From IMG/VR virus record IMGVR_UViG_3300031758_000013: a DNA stretch of 64,000 bases; one strand, given 5' to 3'. The notes beneath the pieces are model-generated. The model was not told the origin of the DNA. It saw only the letters and a program-made list of their open reading frames with translations, and searched no databases. Below are positions 30,501 through 39,692 of the stretch, piece after piece. The position numbers and the translations under genes are program-made. The DNA comes from an uncultured virus (IMG/VR IMGVR_UViG_3300031758_000013) (lineage: Duplodnaviria; Heunggongvirae; Uroviricota; Caudoviricetes). How positions within the stretch are numbered: the stretch's first letter is position 1; each line of letters opens with the position of its first letter.

Positions 30501-32195
30501 AGATGTATATGTTTCTATAGTTGCAATAGAAGTATTTGCGTCCGTGTATAGTTTTTCTGTTTCTGTAAAGTATCCAGTAATAGGAACAAATGTAAGATTA
30601 CCAGTGTTAGTACCAGCGTCGTGCGATACTGTTAATAGAAGGCCTTCAGCAACCTTCTGCCCACTAGAATTATAACGATAAATTCTTTTACTATCAGGCA
30701 GCTGATTATTATTAGCCGATGAATATTTTATAGTGCTAATTGATTTTCTGATTTCGTAAACACCGAGTGTTAAATCTACTTGATCGACGTTTGCAGAAAT
30801 AGATGAATCACTTGTTACTTCTAATCTTTGGCCGGGCGCAAATGATCCAGCTGCACTATTAACAACAAGAGTATTGCCGGCGTCGATCTGTACAATACTC
30901 TGAATTGTTGCAGTAGCAATAACATCAGAAGTATTCTTATAAAGAATTGATTGACCGACTTGTAGTGTACCAATTTGATCTTTAACAAATACAGAATATG
31001 TTTGTGGAATTCCCATTACTTTACCAGTAATGGTTGCATCCAATGTAGAGTTTGCGTATAATGATTTAGTATTTGCTGAAGTATAATACGTTACAGAATT
31101 GGTGAATACGCCATTTACATGTGAAATTACTGCTGTGCCATTTGCGTTATTCTGAACTATACTCAGAATATTGCCGGCTCCAGATAGTGCTCCATTAGCA
31201 GCATATCTATAAACAGTTTCGCCTACGGCAAGATTTGCAGTAGCACTAGTAAATGTCATATTAATAAGAGGCTGTACAGCCTGATCAAACAGCTTAAAGT
31301 AAGAACCACCGCTAGTAGTAGTGGTGTTTTGTAGAGATATTACTTTTTCAGAAATAATAGAATCGGCATCTACCGTGTATCCATAACCACCATCAATAAA
31401 GATAAAGTCAATAATTCCAGAAGCTTCGCTCACAGCTTCGACTCGAGCTAAGCCACCTTCTCCAGAAACAGATCCGCTAAATGATACAATATCACCAACA
31501 CTAAAATCGCGACCACGATCTTGAATAATAACTCTTTTGATAGAACCAAGAAGTTGAGCTCTTTTAGTTCTATCAAATACAGGTGTGTTGTTAATATTTA
31601 AACCGAGAAGTTCACCATTTATGAATTGGCTCTGTATATTACTAATGTATAAAATATCTATATAGCCAACTGCAGTACGACGACGAATATACTTTTCAAC
31701 AAAAGCTTTAGCACCAGAGATAGCACCAATAATTTGCTTTCCGACGTAATCGATATTATAACGATTATGAGTAACTTCTAAATACTGTGGTCTTTCCCAT
31801 ACACCATCTGAAGTGCGCAGAATATTATCAGCAGGATAGCGAATTTCGGCTGATGTACCATATACTAATTTAAAGAACAAGTCAATTGATCGTTCTGTGC
31901 CTTTTGACCGATATAGATCTAAAGCATTTTTGACAAGCAGTTGTTTATTTGTAGCAGTATCAAATTGAATGTTGTTTAGATATTTTTCTTTGAACTGTAA
32001 AATAAACTCATCAATAGTAGTATCAATATCTCTGTATTCTGGTAGTTTACGGGCTTGATAGATAACATTATTTGAAGTTTCTAACCACTCGTAATATGCT
32101 TTGACAAAAGCAATAAACTGTGGGCCCTCTTCTTTATAAAAAGAAGGAAACTGGTTCTCTACAAGAGGAGAAATAAGTGATTCTATTTTCTTCAT
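27519..32195 (-). CDS. gp7: Baseplate wedge initiator (gp7-like) with repeated beta-domains
   Basis: LYRSKGTERSIDLFFKLVYG; YYQEYSYEI...HTAGTKFFG; lies between gp6 and gp8. Confidence 0.75.
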   Translation of the reverse strand: MKKIESLISPLVENQFPSFYKEEGPQFIAFVKAYYEWLETSNNVIYQARKLPEYRDIDTTIDEFILQFKEKYLNNIQFDTATNKQLLVKNALDLYRSKGTERSIDLFFKLVYGTSAEIRYPADNILRTSDGVWERPQYLEVTHNRYNIDYVGKQIIGAISGAKAFVEKYIRRRTAVGYIDILYISNIQSQFINGELLGLNINNTPVFDRTKRAQLLGSIKRVIIQDRGRDFSVGDIVSFSGSVSGEGGLARVEAVSEASGIIDFIFIDGGYGYTVDADSIISEKVISLQNTTTTSGGSYFKLFDQAVQPLINMTFTSATANLAVGETVYRYAANGALSGAGNILSIVQNNANGTAVISHVNGVFTNSVTYYTSANTKSLYANSTLDATITGKVMGIPQTYSVFVKDQIGTLQVGQSILYKNTSDVIATATIQSIVQIDAGNTLVVNSAAGSFAPGQRLEVTSDSSISANVDQVDLTLGVYEIRKSISTIKYSSANNNQLPDSKRIYRYNSSGQKVAEGLLLTVSHDAGTNTGNLTFVPITGYFTETEKLYTDANTSIATIETYTSNVSGGDYVASEYSRIFTQTTNTSGIPVSTSFGSGAGFNVGTLGDQESIFIGTDLLNSNGVATLDYDRKILTVASNTGFAIGDRVYQTINKIAFNGNTAVNATSGFFTIPTANSKFTIGDIVKYEVATGNTALNGLVSDDYYYVVSTNTTGLILSYPANKTTHINTTNYSTFANNKITQEGHYFYKLAHATVFEVGTGVLRTKDNHNTLSITGGAVSNTVYANSNIIKYGATTNTAISAVTAYTTLAIANQAYTPLPVTAAAYGFPKNPQGDAKNTIYSCLTFGQFNIGTIGSLSGVDPGSGYNVDPYVLAYQPYISAFGRKDFIISIANTTGVYAVGERVQQTFANLIYYDLKVDNGVYGNTYSEKNFNVNTKDEIQSSNDFVLYISNTVVFNTTDDVNSNTDFIAIAGADTSYPSNTYVRYYTAAGNTALTGLSNNSFYYIAHSNSSGITLSSTAGAANINITQASNVVIFNSNTAVNGTTDFITIATANTLFANGDQVRYFTANGSTAVIGLSNNELYYVRYANSSGLALSASAGGANVDITALNPGDAGHYLRYYNAASNGHNLAKYASEFVDNQRIIYRVPTSNTVIAGLANNTAYYIVGANSVGFKLSLTVGGSALAINATAGVAESHNFSTIPGFLPGDSVYVNSAPVVNALVQSVYTIGSNNYVRISGNTGTITANALYSYTNPYVTGNVQSFALYQITSTAKGIVKAANTTTVHVKRLTFENTFQANTLLVGSVSGVTANVVGVEEDLSLVYPIGLNAIIEANVITASGQVTSLQVIDSGIGYSNGDVVQYTSADGLRSGTIKVVNDGNGISKGYYKSTKGFLSEDMYVHDGDYYQEYSYEILSKISVDYYADMFKKVMHTAGTKFFGSAVIIEEDSLPVTLSEISTGQQIKFNSYSDVNSGNETISTGTINPFANGDQVKYTTATSNTVLSGLANNTSYYIVQTSGTTVKLSLTANGTPINITANTTDSGAPSSGHYLTKTVEE

Positions 32196-33991
32196 TATTC
32201 TCTGATCTGCTCAATTGTAATATTTAAATCTGGTTCAATAATATTTAATATTACATTTTGAATAGCAGTAATATCGCGTGAGCGCGGTTCAGCATATATT
32301 TTAAATGATGTGCCAAAATAATTTTGAATAGTTAGATTGTTTAATCTTACTATGCCAGCATCATAGTCAACAGTACCAATATCGATAATTTTTTTATGAT
32401 TACTTCCAACCTGAGTAACAATTCTTAATAGCCCGTCACCATTATCTTCAATAACACAGTTTTCAATTCCATTATATGTAAATGGTGTAGAAGTAATAGC
32501 ATGAACATCAATAACAGGATGCTCATCTGCAAGAAGTGGAATTTCTTGAGTTAAAGCATTTTTAAAGTCTACTGTAAGATTTAACGGTATATTTAAATCT
32601 GGAGTAAGATACTTTACTAGCAATACATCTGTTTCATTACTAATAATACTAGAATCTGTAGAGTCTATTGCTTGTACTAGTTTAGAATATCTGAAAGTTC
32701 TAGAAAAACTATTTAAACTAGTCGAAGCATAGTTTAAAATAGTATCGATAACATACGTACGAATATCTTCTGGGTTTAAGCCAGTGCGGTTAATATTGTA
32801 TCTTATGATACTATCAATTTTAAGATATGTATAATCTGGATTAATAAAGATTGGTTCCATTGCCACAGATGATCTAGATCTTAAAAATCTTTTATATTCA
32901 TCTTCTTTGATTTTTGGCAACCCATCAATCTCTGTAAGATCAACAGACACAAAGATGCGGCCATACTGAGGAGGTGTAGCATCTTCTCCACCGTATGCTG
33001 TGACTGTATTAATTTCAGGATAATTAGCTTTTAATAGATTTTCATAATCATCAGCAGTGATCGCTCGCTCTTGAGCAGTGAACGCTCTTGGCGCATTGAA
33101 TTTAATAGAATTTAGATCTTCAGCAACTGCACCATCAGCAGCGCTACTAATTGTAGTAACAACTACATCTGCTTCATTATCAATTCTACCGGCGTTGATG
33201 AATCTAAAGCAACCATTCGGTAATTCACCATTTGATATTCTATATTCAATAACAACGATTGCATTGTTTTTTGGCTTCCGGCCTACAACACCATCGCCAA
33301 AAACAACCTCGTATAAATCACCAACGCCCGGTTGAACAAAAAATACAGTAGAAGTTTCATCGTAACCAAACAATGAAGTTGCTCTAGAATATTCTATATT
33401 TACAGATCCATTGTCTTCAAGTACTGTAACAGATAAACTTGATACATCTACATTTTTATTATTGATTTTATATATCAGAGGATTGCTATAGTTAATAGCA
33501 TAAGTATCGCTTAAGTAGTTACCTTCGTAAATAGTAATAGTATCACTAACAAAAGCTCCATTTACTTTATTTGAAAGTATGATATTTTCTGTTGTATTAA
33601 ATGAAAATGAATAATCATCTATTCTTGTTATAAAAGAAGTACCCTTTGGTATTACAATAGAGTTTTTATTCTGATCTGTTGGTGTAATTGATAATTGAAT
33701 ATCTGCTTTAGCGGATGTAAATGATCTTGGAAGATAATTAAGCTCTTTGGCGTGTGAAATAACGCTGTCGCGCAACTTCGCCGAGTCCAGAAACATTTCA
33801 TTTCCGACCATATTTAAATAAAATGCATTTTGATATGTGTTATATGCAAGAACGTCTAATAGAACTGACAGGTTACTACCATCAAAATCGTAATCTTTAA
33901 ATTCTTCTTGTTCAGTCAAATAAGTTTTGAGCGAAGTTTTGATTGAATCAAAGTCTAATTGAGTTAAAGCTATACTTGAGTTTGCAGCCAT
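32195..33991 (-). CDS. gp6: Baseplate wedge subunit gp6
   Basis: LDFDSIKTSLK..DYDFDGSNLSVLLDVLAYNT..FGDGVVG..AQERAITADDY. Confidence 0.9.
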   Translation of the reverse strand: MAANSSIALTQLDFDSIKTSLKTYLTEQEEFKDYDFDGSNLSVLLDVLAYNTYQNAFYLNMVGNEMFLDSAKLRDSVISHAKELNYLPRSFTSAKADIQLSITPTDQNKNSIVIPKGTSFITRIDDYSFSFNTTENIILSNKVNGAFVSDTITIYEGNYLSDTYAINYSNPLIYKINNKNVDVSSLSVTVLEDNGSVNIEYSRATSLFGYDETSTVFFVQPGVGDLYEVVFGDGVVGRKPKNNAIVVIEYRISNGELPNGCFRFINAGRIDNEADVVVTTISSAADGAVAEDLNSIKFNAPRAFTAQERAITADDYENLLKANYPEINTVTAYGGEDATPPQYGRIFVSVDLTEIDGLPKIKEDEYKRFLRSRSSVAMEPIFINPDYTYLKIDSIIRYNINRTGLNPEDIRTYVIDTILNYASTSLNSFSRTFRYSKLVQAIDSTDSSIISNETDVLLVKYLTPDLNIPLNLTVDFKNALTQEIPLLADEHPVIDVHAITSTPFTYNGIENCVIEDNGDGLLRIVTQVGSNHKKIIDIGTVDYDAGIVRLNNLTIQNYFGTSFKIYAEPRSRDITAIQNVILNIIEPDLNITIEQIRE

Positions 33992-34428
33992 TATCTTGCT
34001 CTATAAAGTGTTAAATTAAGTGCGACAGGATTTACACTATTTATTATCTCAAAATAGATGTATATATCATAGGCGTGTCTAGATTCATTTGCCTGAACGA
34101 TAATATCGACTATTCTAGCTCTTGGTTCATATTGGCGAATAGTTTCATCTATAGTCTTTTTTATTTCTTCTGAAATAGCATTAGATATGTTTTCAAACAA
34201 AAGACTTTTGATTCTGCACCCAATTTCTGGCTGAAACATTCTATCATATTTTTCAGTAAGAATTAAATTACGAATAGAACGCTTTACAGATTCTTCATTA
34301 ACATATTTTGCTAAGCGCTTGTTTTGAGGATGAGCATTAAAATTAGTATAAAAGTCACTGTAATACGGCTTCTTAGCAGAAGCTACTTCTGTTCTAGTAA
34401 TTTTATTTATTCTGGTGACATCGACCAT
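33991..34428 (-). CDS. gp25: Baseplate wedge subunit gp25
   Basis: SVKRSIRNLILT..RMFQPEIGC..LLFE..YEPRA. Confidence 0.9.
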   Translation of the reverse strand: MVDVTRINKITRTEVASAKKPYYSDFYTNFNAHPQNKRLAKYVNEESVKRSIRNLILTEKYDRMFQPEIGCRIKSLLFENISNAISEEIKKTIDETIRQYEPRARIVDIIVQANESRHAYDIYIYFEIINSVNPVALNLTLYRAR

Positions 34429-34448
34429 TTAAATCTCTTTTCTTTTAT

Positions 34449-35264
34449 TTATTTGACCGGAGGCGATCCAGAACGGCTATGCTTATGTTTTTGTAAAGAA
34501 ATACCATCTGATATAATGTCACCATCAGACTTTAATTCTCCTGTTAATTCAACATCTCCATCAATGTATATCTTACCGGTCATACCAATATCTGTTCCAC
34601 TAATATTCACAACACCAGACTTAGATACTAAATCAATGTCACCATCAGAAGTAATTTGGATCTTACCTTCATTTGATAAAATTTGAAGATCACCCTTGAT
34701 AACACTAATAGAATGATCATTAATAGTCACACTAGTAGAATCTTTTACTGACTTCGTAATAATGGTACCATCAGGAAAGATCTCAATATATGATCCAGAC
34801 TTATGATAAACATGAACTCGCTCAGCTGTTGGAGTATCATCAAGTTCTAGAACATGCCCGCTTTCAGTTGTAATAGTTTTATTATATGGATATTTAGCAG
34901 CGTATTTGGTTTTCTTTTCTCCGAGTTCTTCTACATAATCTTTTTCAACTGGGCCGTTACCTCTAGCATAACTTGAAACCGAATGATTCGAATCATCTAC
35001 CGCATAAGGAAAACTACCAATAATGTAAGAAAGCTTAGAGTCGACTCTAAAACCAAATACCTTTGAGTCTTTACTCAACCCAACGGCCGACACGCCTATT
35101 CCTTTTGCATTTGCTCCAGTGGTTGGCATAACAATATGGCACCAAAATAGATTATTATTAGATTCTAAAGAATGACCAATAAGTTCTTTTACTTTGATCC
35201 GGCCCATCTTTTGTGGGTCATCGATGTCGACAACTTCACCCTGGAACCAGCGTTCAATATTCAT
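34449..35264 (-). CDS. gp5: Baseplate spike gp5-like protein without a lysozyme domain
   Basis: WFQGEVVDIDDPQKMGRIKV OB-fold; YPYNKTITTESGHVLELDDTP..ERVHVYHKSG; C-terminal HKH. Confidence 0.8.
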   Translation of the reverse strand: MNIERWFQGEVVDIDDPQKMGRIKVKELIGHSLESNNNLFWCHIVMPTTGANAKGIGVSAVGLSKDSKVFGFRVDSKLSYIIGSFPYAVDDSNHSVSSYARGNGPVEKDYVEELGEKKTKYAAKYPYNKTITTESGHVLELDDTPTAERVHVYHKSGSYIEIFPDGTIITKSVKDSTSVTINDHSISVIKGDLQILSNEGKIQITSDGDIDLVSKSGVVNISGTDIGMTGKIYIDGDVELTGELKSDGDIISDGISLQKHKHSRSGSPPVK

Positions 35265-35276
35265 TCTATAATTCCT

Positions 35277-36560
35277 TTACGCATAAGCTCTTGGAGCCTC
35301 ACCACCATAACCATCTTTTACAATCTCTAGTGCTTGCAAGTAATCAGAATTTTCACCAAATGTTAATAAATGCCGGCACTTAGTAACTAGATAATTACCA
35401 GCGGCTACAGAATTGGTATCAACATATGATCTGTCTTCACCCAAGGTGAGTGCATTAAATTCTGGAATCTTTGCAGTAATCACGTCTCCGATAGTTATTG
35501 TAGTATCACCATATATTGTAATTTGTGCAATTGTATTAAACAAGAATGAAAGATAATATGGTCTTACTGCTGCAGCATAAGCAGACTCTGCTGTTTCTAT
35601 AGTAGGATCATACCGGTATTCTATAATCCTACCTTCACTCTTTGACAACTCATTTTGTGCTGCTGTAGACGATGACTCAGAGCCTTTATTCAATTGAATG
35701 AAACTAAGCGTTTTTGGATTTACACTAATATCTTCAATTTCTTGAGTATTAATATTAATCTTTCTTACTGTAACCTTTCCTGCGCCGAGAGCTCGAGTAA
35801 CATTGGCATTCCCAGTTTGAATTGCTTTAAATGCTAAAATGTTTCTCCATGAAGTGCCTTCCATACTAATATTAGATACAGTAGATTGAGTGAAGAATTT
35901 ATCACCAATTTTAGTAAGGCCCTCTTTAACTAATCCTTCAAAAGATTTAAAATGGTATCCTTTAGTGTTTTCAAAGAATAAGAAACAGTGTCCCTTAAAT
36001 TCTGAAGACATTGCTTTCAATCTAATTTCGTCGATTGCAGTAAAAGGATTCACAATAGTAAAATTAAACGCGTGAAGACCTTCAGTCTTTTCTAGGAAAA
36101 TCGGTTTCTTCGTCTCTATACCATCTGCTGACTGAAGAATAGTTGCTATCATTCTTTCACATTCTATCTTTTTCTTTACCAGCGACATGTTCTTCTTTTG
36201 TGATGACACTAGAGCTTCTTTTGAAACGCACGTAATTTTGTAGACAATTCCCTTGTCATCAGGAAGAGTGTCTGCCGGATCTACAATAATAGGGTAAAAA
36301 GTATACTTTACTGAAGCTTCTGCGTTATCATCATATGTAGTAAATTCAAGATCGATACTTTGCTCTAAAAAATTAAAATGATCAAACATGCCAACTTTAT
36401 CTGATATAATAAATTCTGCAATTACAGTTGGCTCAAGTACACTTTCATATATGTCAGCCATCGCACAGTATGGTGTAAGCCCCAGTTTTCTTCCACCGGG
36501 CACACTCATTTTGAAGTTTATAAGTTTGAATTTACCTTCACGGTACTGCGTTGGCGTCAT
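35277..36560 (-). CDS. Baseplate hub protein (gp27-like)
   Basis: IYES.., FLFFENTKGYHFKS, IYGDTTITIGDVI, GNYLVTKCRH; lies between gp53 and gp5. Confidence 0.65.
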   Translation of the reverse strand: MTPTQYREGKFKLINFKMSVPGGRKLGLTPYCAMADIYESVLEPTVIAEFIISDKVGMFDHFNFLEQSIDLEFTTYDDNAEASVKYTFYPIIVDPADTLPDDKGIVYKITCVSKEALVSSQKKNMSLVKKKIECERMIATILQSADGIETKKPIFLEKTEGLHAFNFTIVNPFTAIDEIRLKAMSSEFKGHCFLFFENTKGYHFKSFEGLVKEGLTKIGDKFFTQSTVSNISMEGTSWRNILAFKAIQTGNANVTRALGAGKVTVRKININTQEIEDISVNPKTLSFIQLNKGSESSSTAAQNELSKSEGRIIEYRYDPTIETAESAYAAAVRPYYLSFLFNTIAQITIYGDTTITIGDVITAKIPEFNALTLGEDRSYVDTNSVAAGNYLVTKCRHLLTFGENSDYLQALEIVKDGYGGEAPRAYA

Positions 36561-37387
36561 TGTTTAAGTTGCTCAATAAATGTTTTTTCAATATCCGGAA
36601 CATAACTAGACTTGATCATAGTAATATACTTCTTAAGCTCATTTTGTTCTTCTTCATAATCATAAGCATACACAGGAGCCCAGAAATTCTGTTCTTCAAT
36701 TGTAATATTTTCTTTCAGCGTTATAACATCTGTAATATTTTCAGAGGTAGAAACTTCAAAATCACTTTCTATATGCTGAACAATAAGAATACCAGCATCA
36801 TCGTCTTTAGATACTAGTGTTCCGGAAGCAGCAGTGGAAGTTTGGCTAATAATATCGCCAACATCAAAAGAAGAAATATCAATTGATACAGTTAACTGTA
36901 CAATTCTATTTGTAGAAGCGATCCAATCTTCTTTTACTCGTTCATAGCCAACTATCTGTGATGTTATATTAAGTCTCGGCTTCCAGTATTTCTTGATGTT
37001 CGAACTTAGATTGTCATACACTGATTCAGAGATTAAACTTTCATCAGGAGCCCAGTCATTTCTATAAAATAAAATTAAGCTTCTAGCTAATTCTATAGAG
37101 CCATATTTGCCAATTATATAGTTGTTGAAGTCTTGATTTGATTTATAGTAATCATGATATGGATCTACAATACTATTGGCCATATAGATTAACCAATCGT
37201 ACTGTGAAGAATTATAATAATTAAAAGAAAGAATGTCTGGTCTAGTACTACCTTCTTGAAGAACATAGTCAAAATTAACATAAATATCTTTTTTAGTTTT
37301 ATCTGTAAAATCTACTCGCGCTAAAATATTCTTAGCCGGAGTGCCATTATAATCAACAAGTGGAAATCTGTTAAAATACTTACCCAT
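36557..37387 (-). CDS. gp53: Baseplate wedge protein gp53
   Basis: YFNRFPLVDY..RPDILSFNYY..YDWLI..N.IVDPY..YDYEEEQNE. Confidence 0.85.
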   Translation of the reverse strand: MGKYFNRFPLVDYNGTPAKNILARVDFTDKTKKDIYVNFDYVLQEGSTRPDILSFNYYNSSQYDWLIYMANSIVDPYHDYYKSNQDFNNYIIGKYGSIELARSLILFYRNDWAPDESLISESVYDNLSSNIKKYWKPRLNITSQIVGYERVKEDWIASTNRIVQLTVSIDISSFDVGDIISQTSTAASGTLVSKDDDAGILIVQHIESDFEVSTSENITDVITLKENITIEEQNFWAPVYAYDYEEEQNELKKYITMIKSSYVPDIEKTFIEQLKQ

Positions 37388-37389
37388 GA

Positions 37390-38607
37390 TTATTTAGCAA
37401 CTCCTTTAGCAACACCTGTGTAAATACTTGCTACTAAGCCTTTACCTTCATCTATAGCCGATCCTAATCCTATTTTACGAGCCCCTGCCTCTGCAGCATC
37501 TTTAAAGTTCTCAAGATTATCTGGGCGGCCGCCGGACTGTAGTCCATAATCACGAGCCGTCTGAATTTCGGTTTCAAGTAACTGTATTTCTAATTGAATC
37601 ATGGTAGGCTCTCTCGAGCCAGCAAAGAATGAAGGTATACCGGCTGGAGCATAGTTAACAGACACACTTTTGATCAAACATTTTTTAAAGTTTATAAGTG
37701 GTTCGTTAAATCCCATCAACGCAATTTCAACCATAGGAGGATACTGGAGCGCTGCTGTACCCGTAGTACTGTAATTTGGTAAAGAATTCTTTTTAATCTC
37801 ATTAACAATTGCTCTAAGATTTTTGCTTTCTGCTGGATTTCGCGGTGCAAATGTCCATTGGAACGAATGAGATCTCAGTTCAACACCAGAGAATATTGCT
37901 TGCAAATGTGGATTAGGAACTGCACCTAGTGCCTGACCGAGCGCATCAGCTCCAGGGCCTTCGAGTGCTTGAGCAAGCTTTGCGTATAAAATAGCAAACT
38001 CCGTGCCCTGCACAGCCGTCCCGGCGCCTCGAAGGAGATCAAAACCAGCATCTGCTAATCCACCAGCAACACCGCCCATTTTAGATGAATTAACATCCAG
38101 CTCGAACGTTTCTTTTAAATCTCTTGGAACTGGAAGATGTATAGTTTTAAATCTTTTAAAGACTGCTTGCATCTGTGGGCTCGGTCTTTCATAGCTCTGA
38201 AAGTCTAAAGCCATGTAATATTGCCCCATTTGATCTGGGAATTGCATCACCGCGGCCGAAGAAATATCTGTTGTGTTAATTTTTTGCATAGCATCTAAAG
38301 TAGTTTCAGCACTTCCTGCTAACATATTTTGTTCTATTTCTCTAGGCGAAACGCGATTTTGTTCCGATGTAGAAGTTCTGAAAAAATCATCTGCTCTTCC
38401 ATTTGAAAACGCATCACCAAACCTAGACGACAAATCCGAAGTCACAGCAGAAGACAGACCTACTTTATTTAGACCTTTTGCAAAAAGATCTTCTACCGCA
38501 TTTTCAAGCTTTTGTTCCACCTTATTGATAGCACTATTCACTAGTCTATTAGCAATACCTCCGAGATCTTTCTTAAAGCTTTTGATATTTAGATTGATAA
38601 TTGCCAT
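37390..38607 (-). CDS. gp48: Baseplate tail-tube cap gp48
   Basis: NPHLQAIFSGVELRSHSFQWTFAPRNPAES..YP..VNYAP..LETE. Confidence 0.8.
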   Translation of the reverse strand: MAIINLNIKSFKKDLGGIANRLVNSAINKVEQKLENAVEDLFAKGLNKVGLSSAVTSDLSSRFGDAFSNGRADDFFRTSTSEQNRVSPREIEQNMLAGSAETTLDAMQKINTTDISSAAVMQFPDQMGQYYMALDFQSYERPSPQMQAVFKRFKTIHLPVPRDLKETFELDVNSSKMGGVAGGLADAGFDLLRGAGTAVQGTEFAILYAKLAQALEGPGADALGQALGAVPNPHLQAIFSGVELRSHSFQWTFAPRNPAESKNLRAIVNEIKKNSLPNYSTTGTAALQYPPMVEIALMGFNEPLINFKKCLIKSVSVNYAPAGIPSFFAGSREPTMIQLEIQLLETEIQTARDYGLQSGGRPDNLENFKDAAEAGARKIGLGSAIDEGKGLVASIYTGVAKGVAK

Positions 38608-38635
38608 GACTTCTCTTCTTTGAAAGTTCTCTAGT

Positions 38636-38647
38636 TATTTATAAATA
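38636..38647. promoter_or_regulatory. Palindromic divergent late promoters TATTTATAAATA
   Basis: TATAAATA on both strands at the gp48/gp4 divergence point. Confidence 0.8.
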
Positions 38648-38652
38648 GATCT

Positions 38653-39093
38653 ATGGCGTATAAAGGCAAATTTAAACCAATTAATCCTTCAAAATATAGA
38701 GGTGATCCTACGAACATTGTTTATCGTTCGCGGTGGGAACTTGTTTATATGTCTAGATTAGACAAAGATTCAAGTGTTCTAGAATGGGCGAGTGAAGAAC
38801 ACGTGGTTCCTTATCGTTCGCCTATTGATAATAGAATTCATCGATACTTCGTAGACTTCTATATAAAAAAGAGAATGCCAGATGGTAACGTCAAGTGTGC
38901 TCTCATTGAGATTAAACCTAAAAGCCAGACAAAGCCTCCAGCTGTAATAAATAAACCAAACAAGCGTTATATCAATGAAGTGATGACGTGGGGAATTAAT
39001 GAAGCTAAATGGAAAGCTGCTACAGAATTCTGTAGAGATCGTGGCTGGGCATTTGAAATTTTAACCGAAGATCATTTAGGACTGAAATTCTAG
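38653..39093 (+). CDS. gp4: Head completion nuclease gp4
   Basis: YKGKFKPINPSKYRGD..YRSRWE..HRYFVDF..EIKP..NEAKWKAA. Confidence 0.9.
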   Translation: MAYKGKFKPINPSKYRGDPTNIVYRSRWELVYMSRLDKDSSVLEWASEEHVVPYRSPIDNRIHRYFVDFYIKKRMPDGNVKCALIEIKPKSQTKPPAVINKPNKRYINEVMTWGINEAKWKAATEFCRDRGWAFEILTEDHLGLKF

Positions 39094-39692
39094 TGGCAAC
39101 TATATTTGATACAATCATCACTCAGGGTGTTCGTTCTGGACAGATTCCGGCGCGTACTCAAGCGTCACGTGATTGGTTTCGCGATACTGCTGCTAAAATG
39201 AGAACCGTAAATGAAAGATCACTTATGAAGGGTGATCAGGGTAGATTGGTTGCTAAACCAATTATTGGCTCGATGTATATGTTTAATTATGATCCTAAGT
39301 GGAAAGATGAACTTCCATATTATGATAGATTTCCTATGGTCTTTCCATTTCGTAAAGTTCCAGGTGGATTTTATGGAATCAACCTTCACTATCTTCCACC
39401 GCAACTCAGAGCAAAACTAATGGATGCTCTGTATGATTATGCCAACAACACTCGCTACGACGAGTCAACAAAGATCAAATTAAACTATCAGCTTCTCACA
39501 AGCATTTCAAAGATGAGATTCTTTTCGCCTTGTGTAAAGCATTATCTAGATGAGCATGTACGTTCTCGTTTTATGTATGTGTACCCTTCTGAGTGGGACA
39601 TTGCTCTCTTCTTACCAACAGAACGTTTCGCCAAGAAGTCGAAGACTCAGGTATGGAACGATTCAAAGAGAATGTTAGGGATTAGAAAGTAA
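39093..39692 (+). CDS. gp2: DNA end protector gp2
   Basis: YDPKWKDELPYYDRFP..GINLHYLPP..CVKHYL..LPTERF. Confidence 0.9.
   Translation: MATIFDTIITQGVRSGQIPARTQASRDWFRDTAAKMRTVNERSLMKGDQGRLVAKPIIGSMYMFNYDPKWKDELPYYDRFPMVFPFRKVPGGFYGINLHYLPPQLRAKLMDALYDYANNTRYDESTKIKLNYQLLTSISKMRFFSPCVKHYLDEHVRSRFMYVYPSEWDIALFLPTERFAKKSKTQVWNDSKRMLGIRK

Noticed and set aside
38653..39093. TnsA-like transposase
   Set aside because: gp4 shares that fold, and the sequence and position beside gp2 identify it as the head completion protein.
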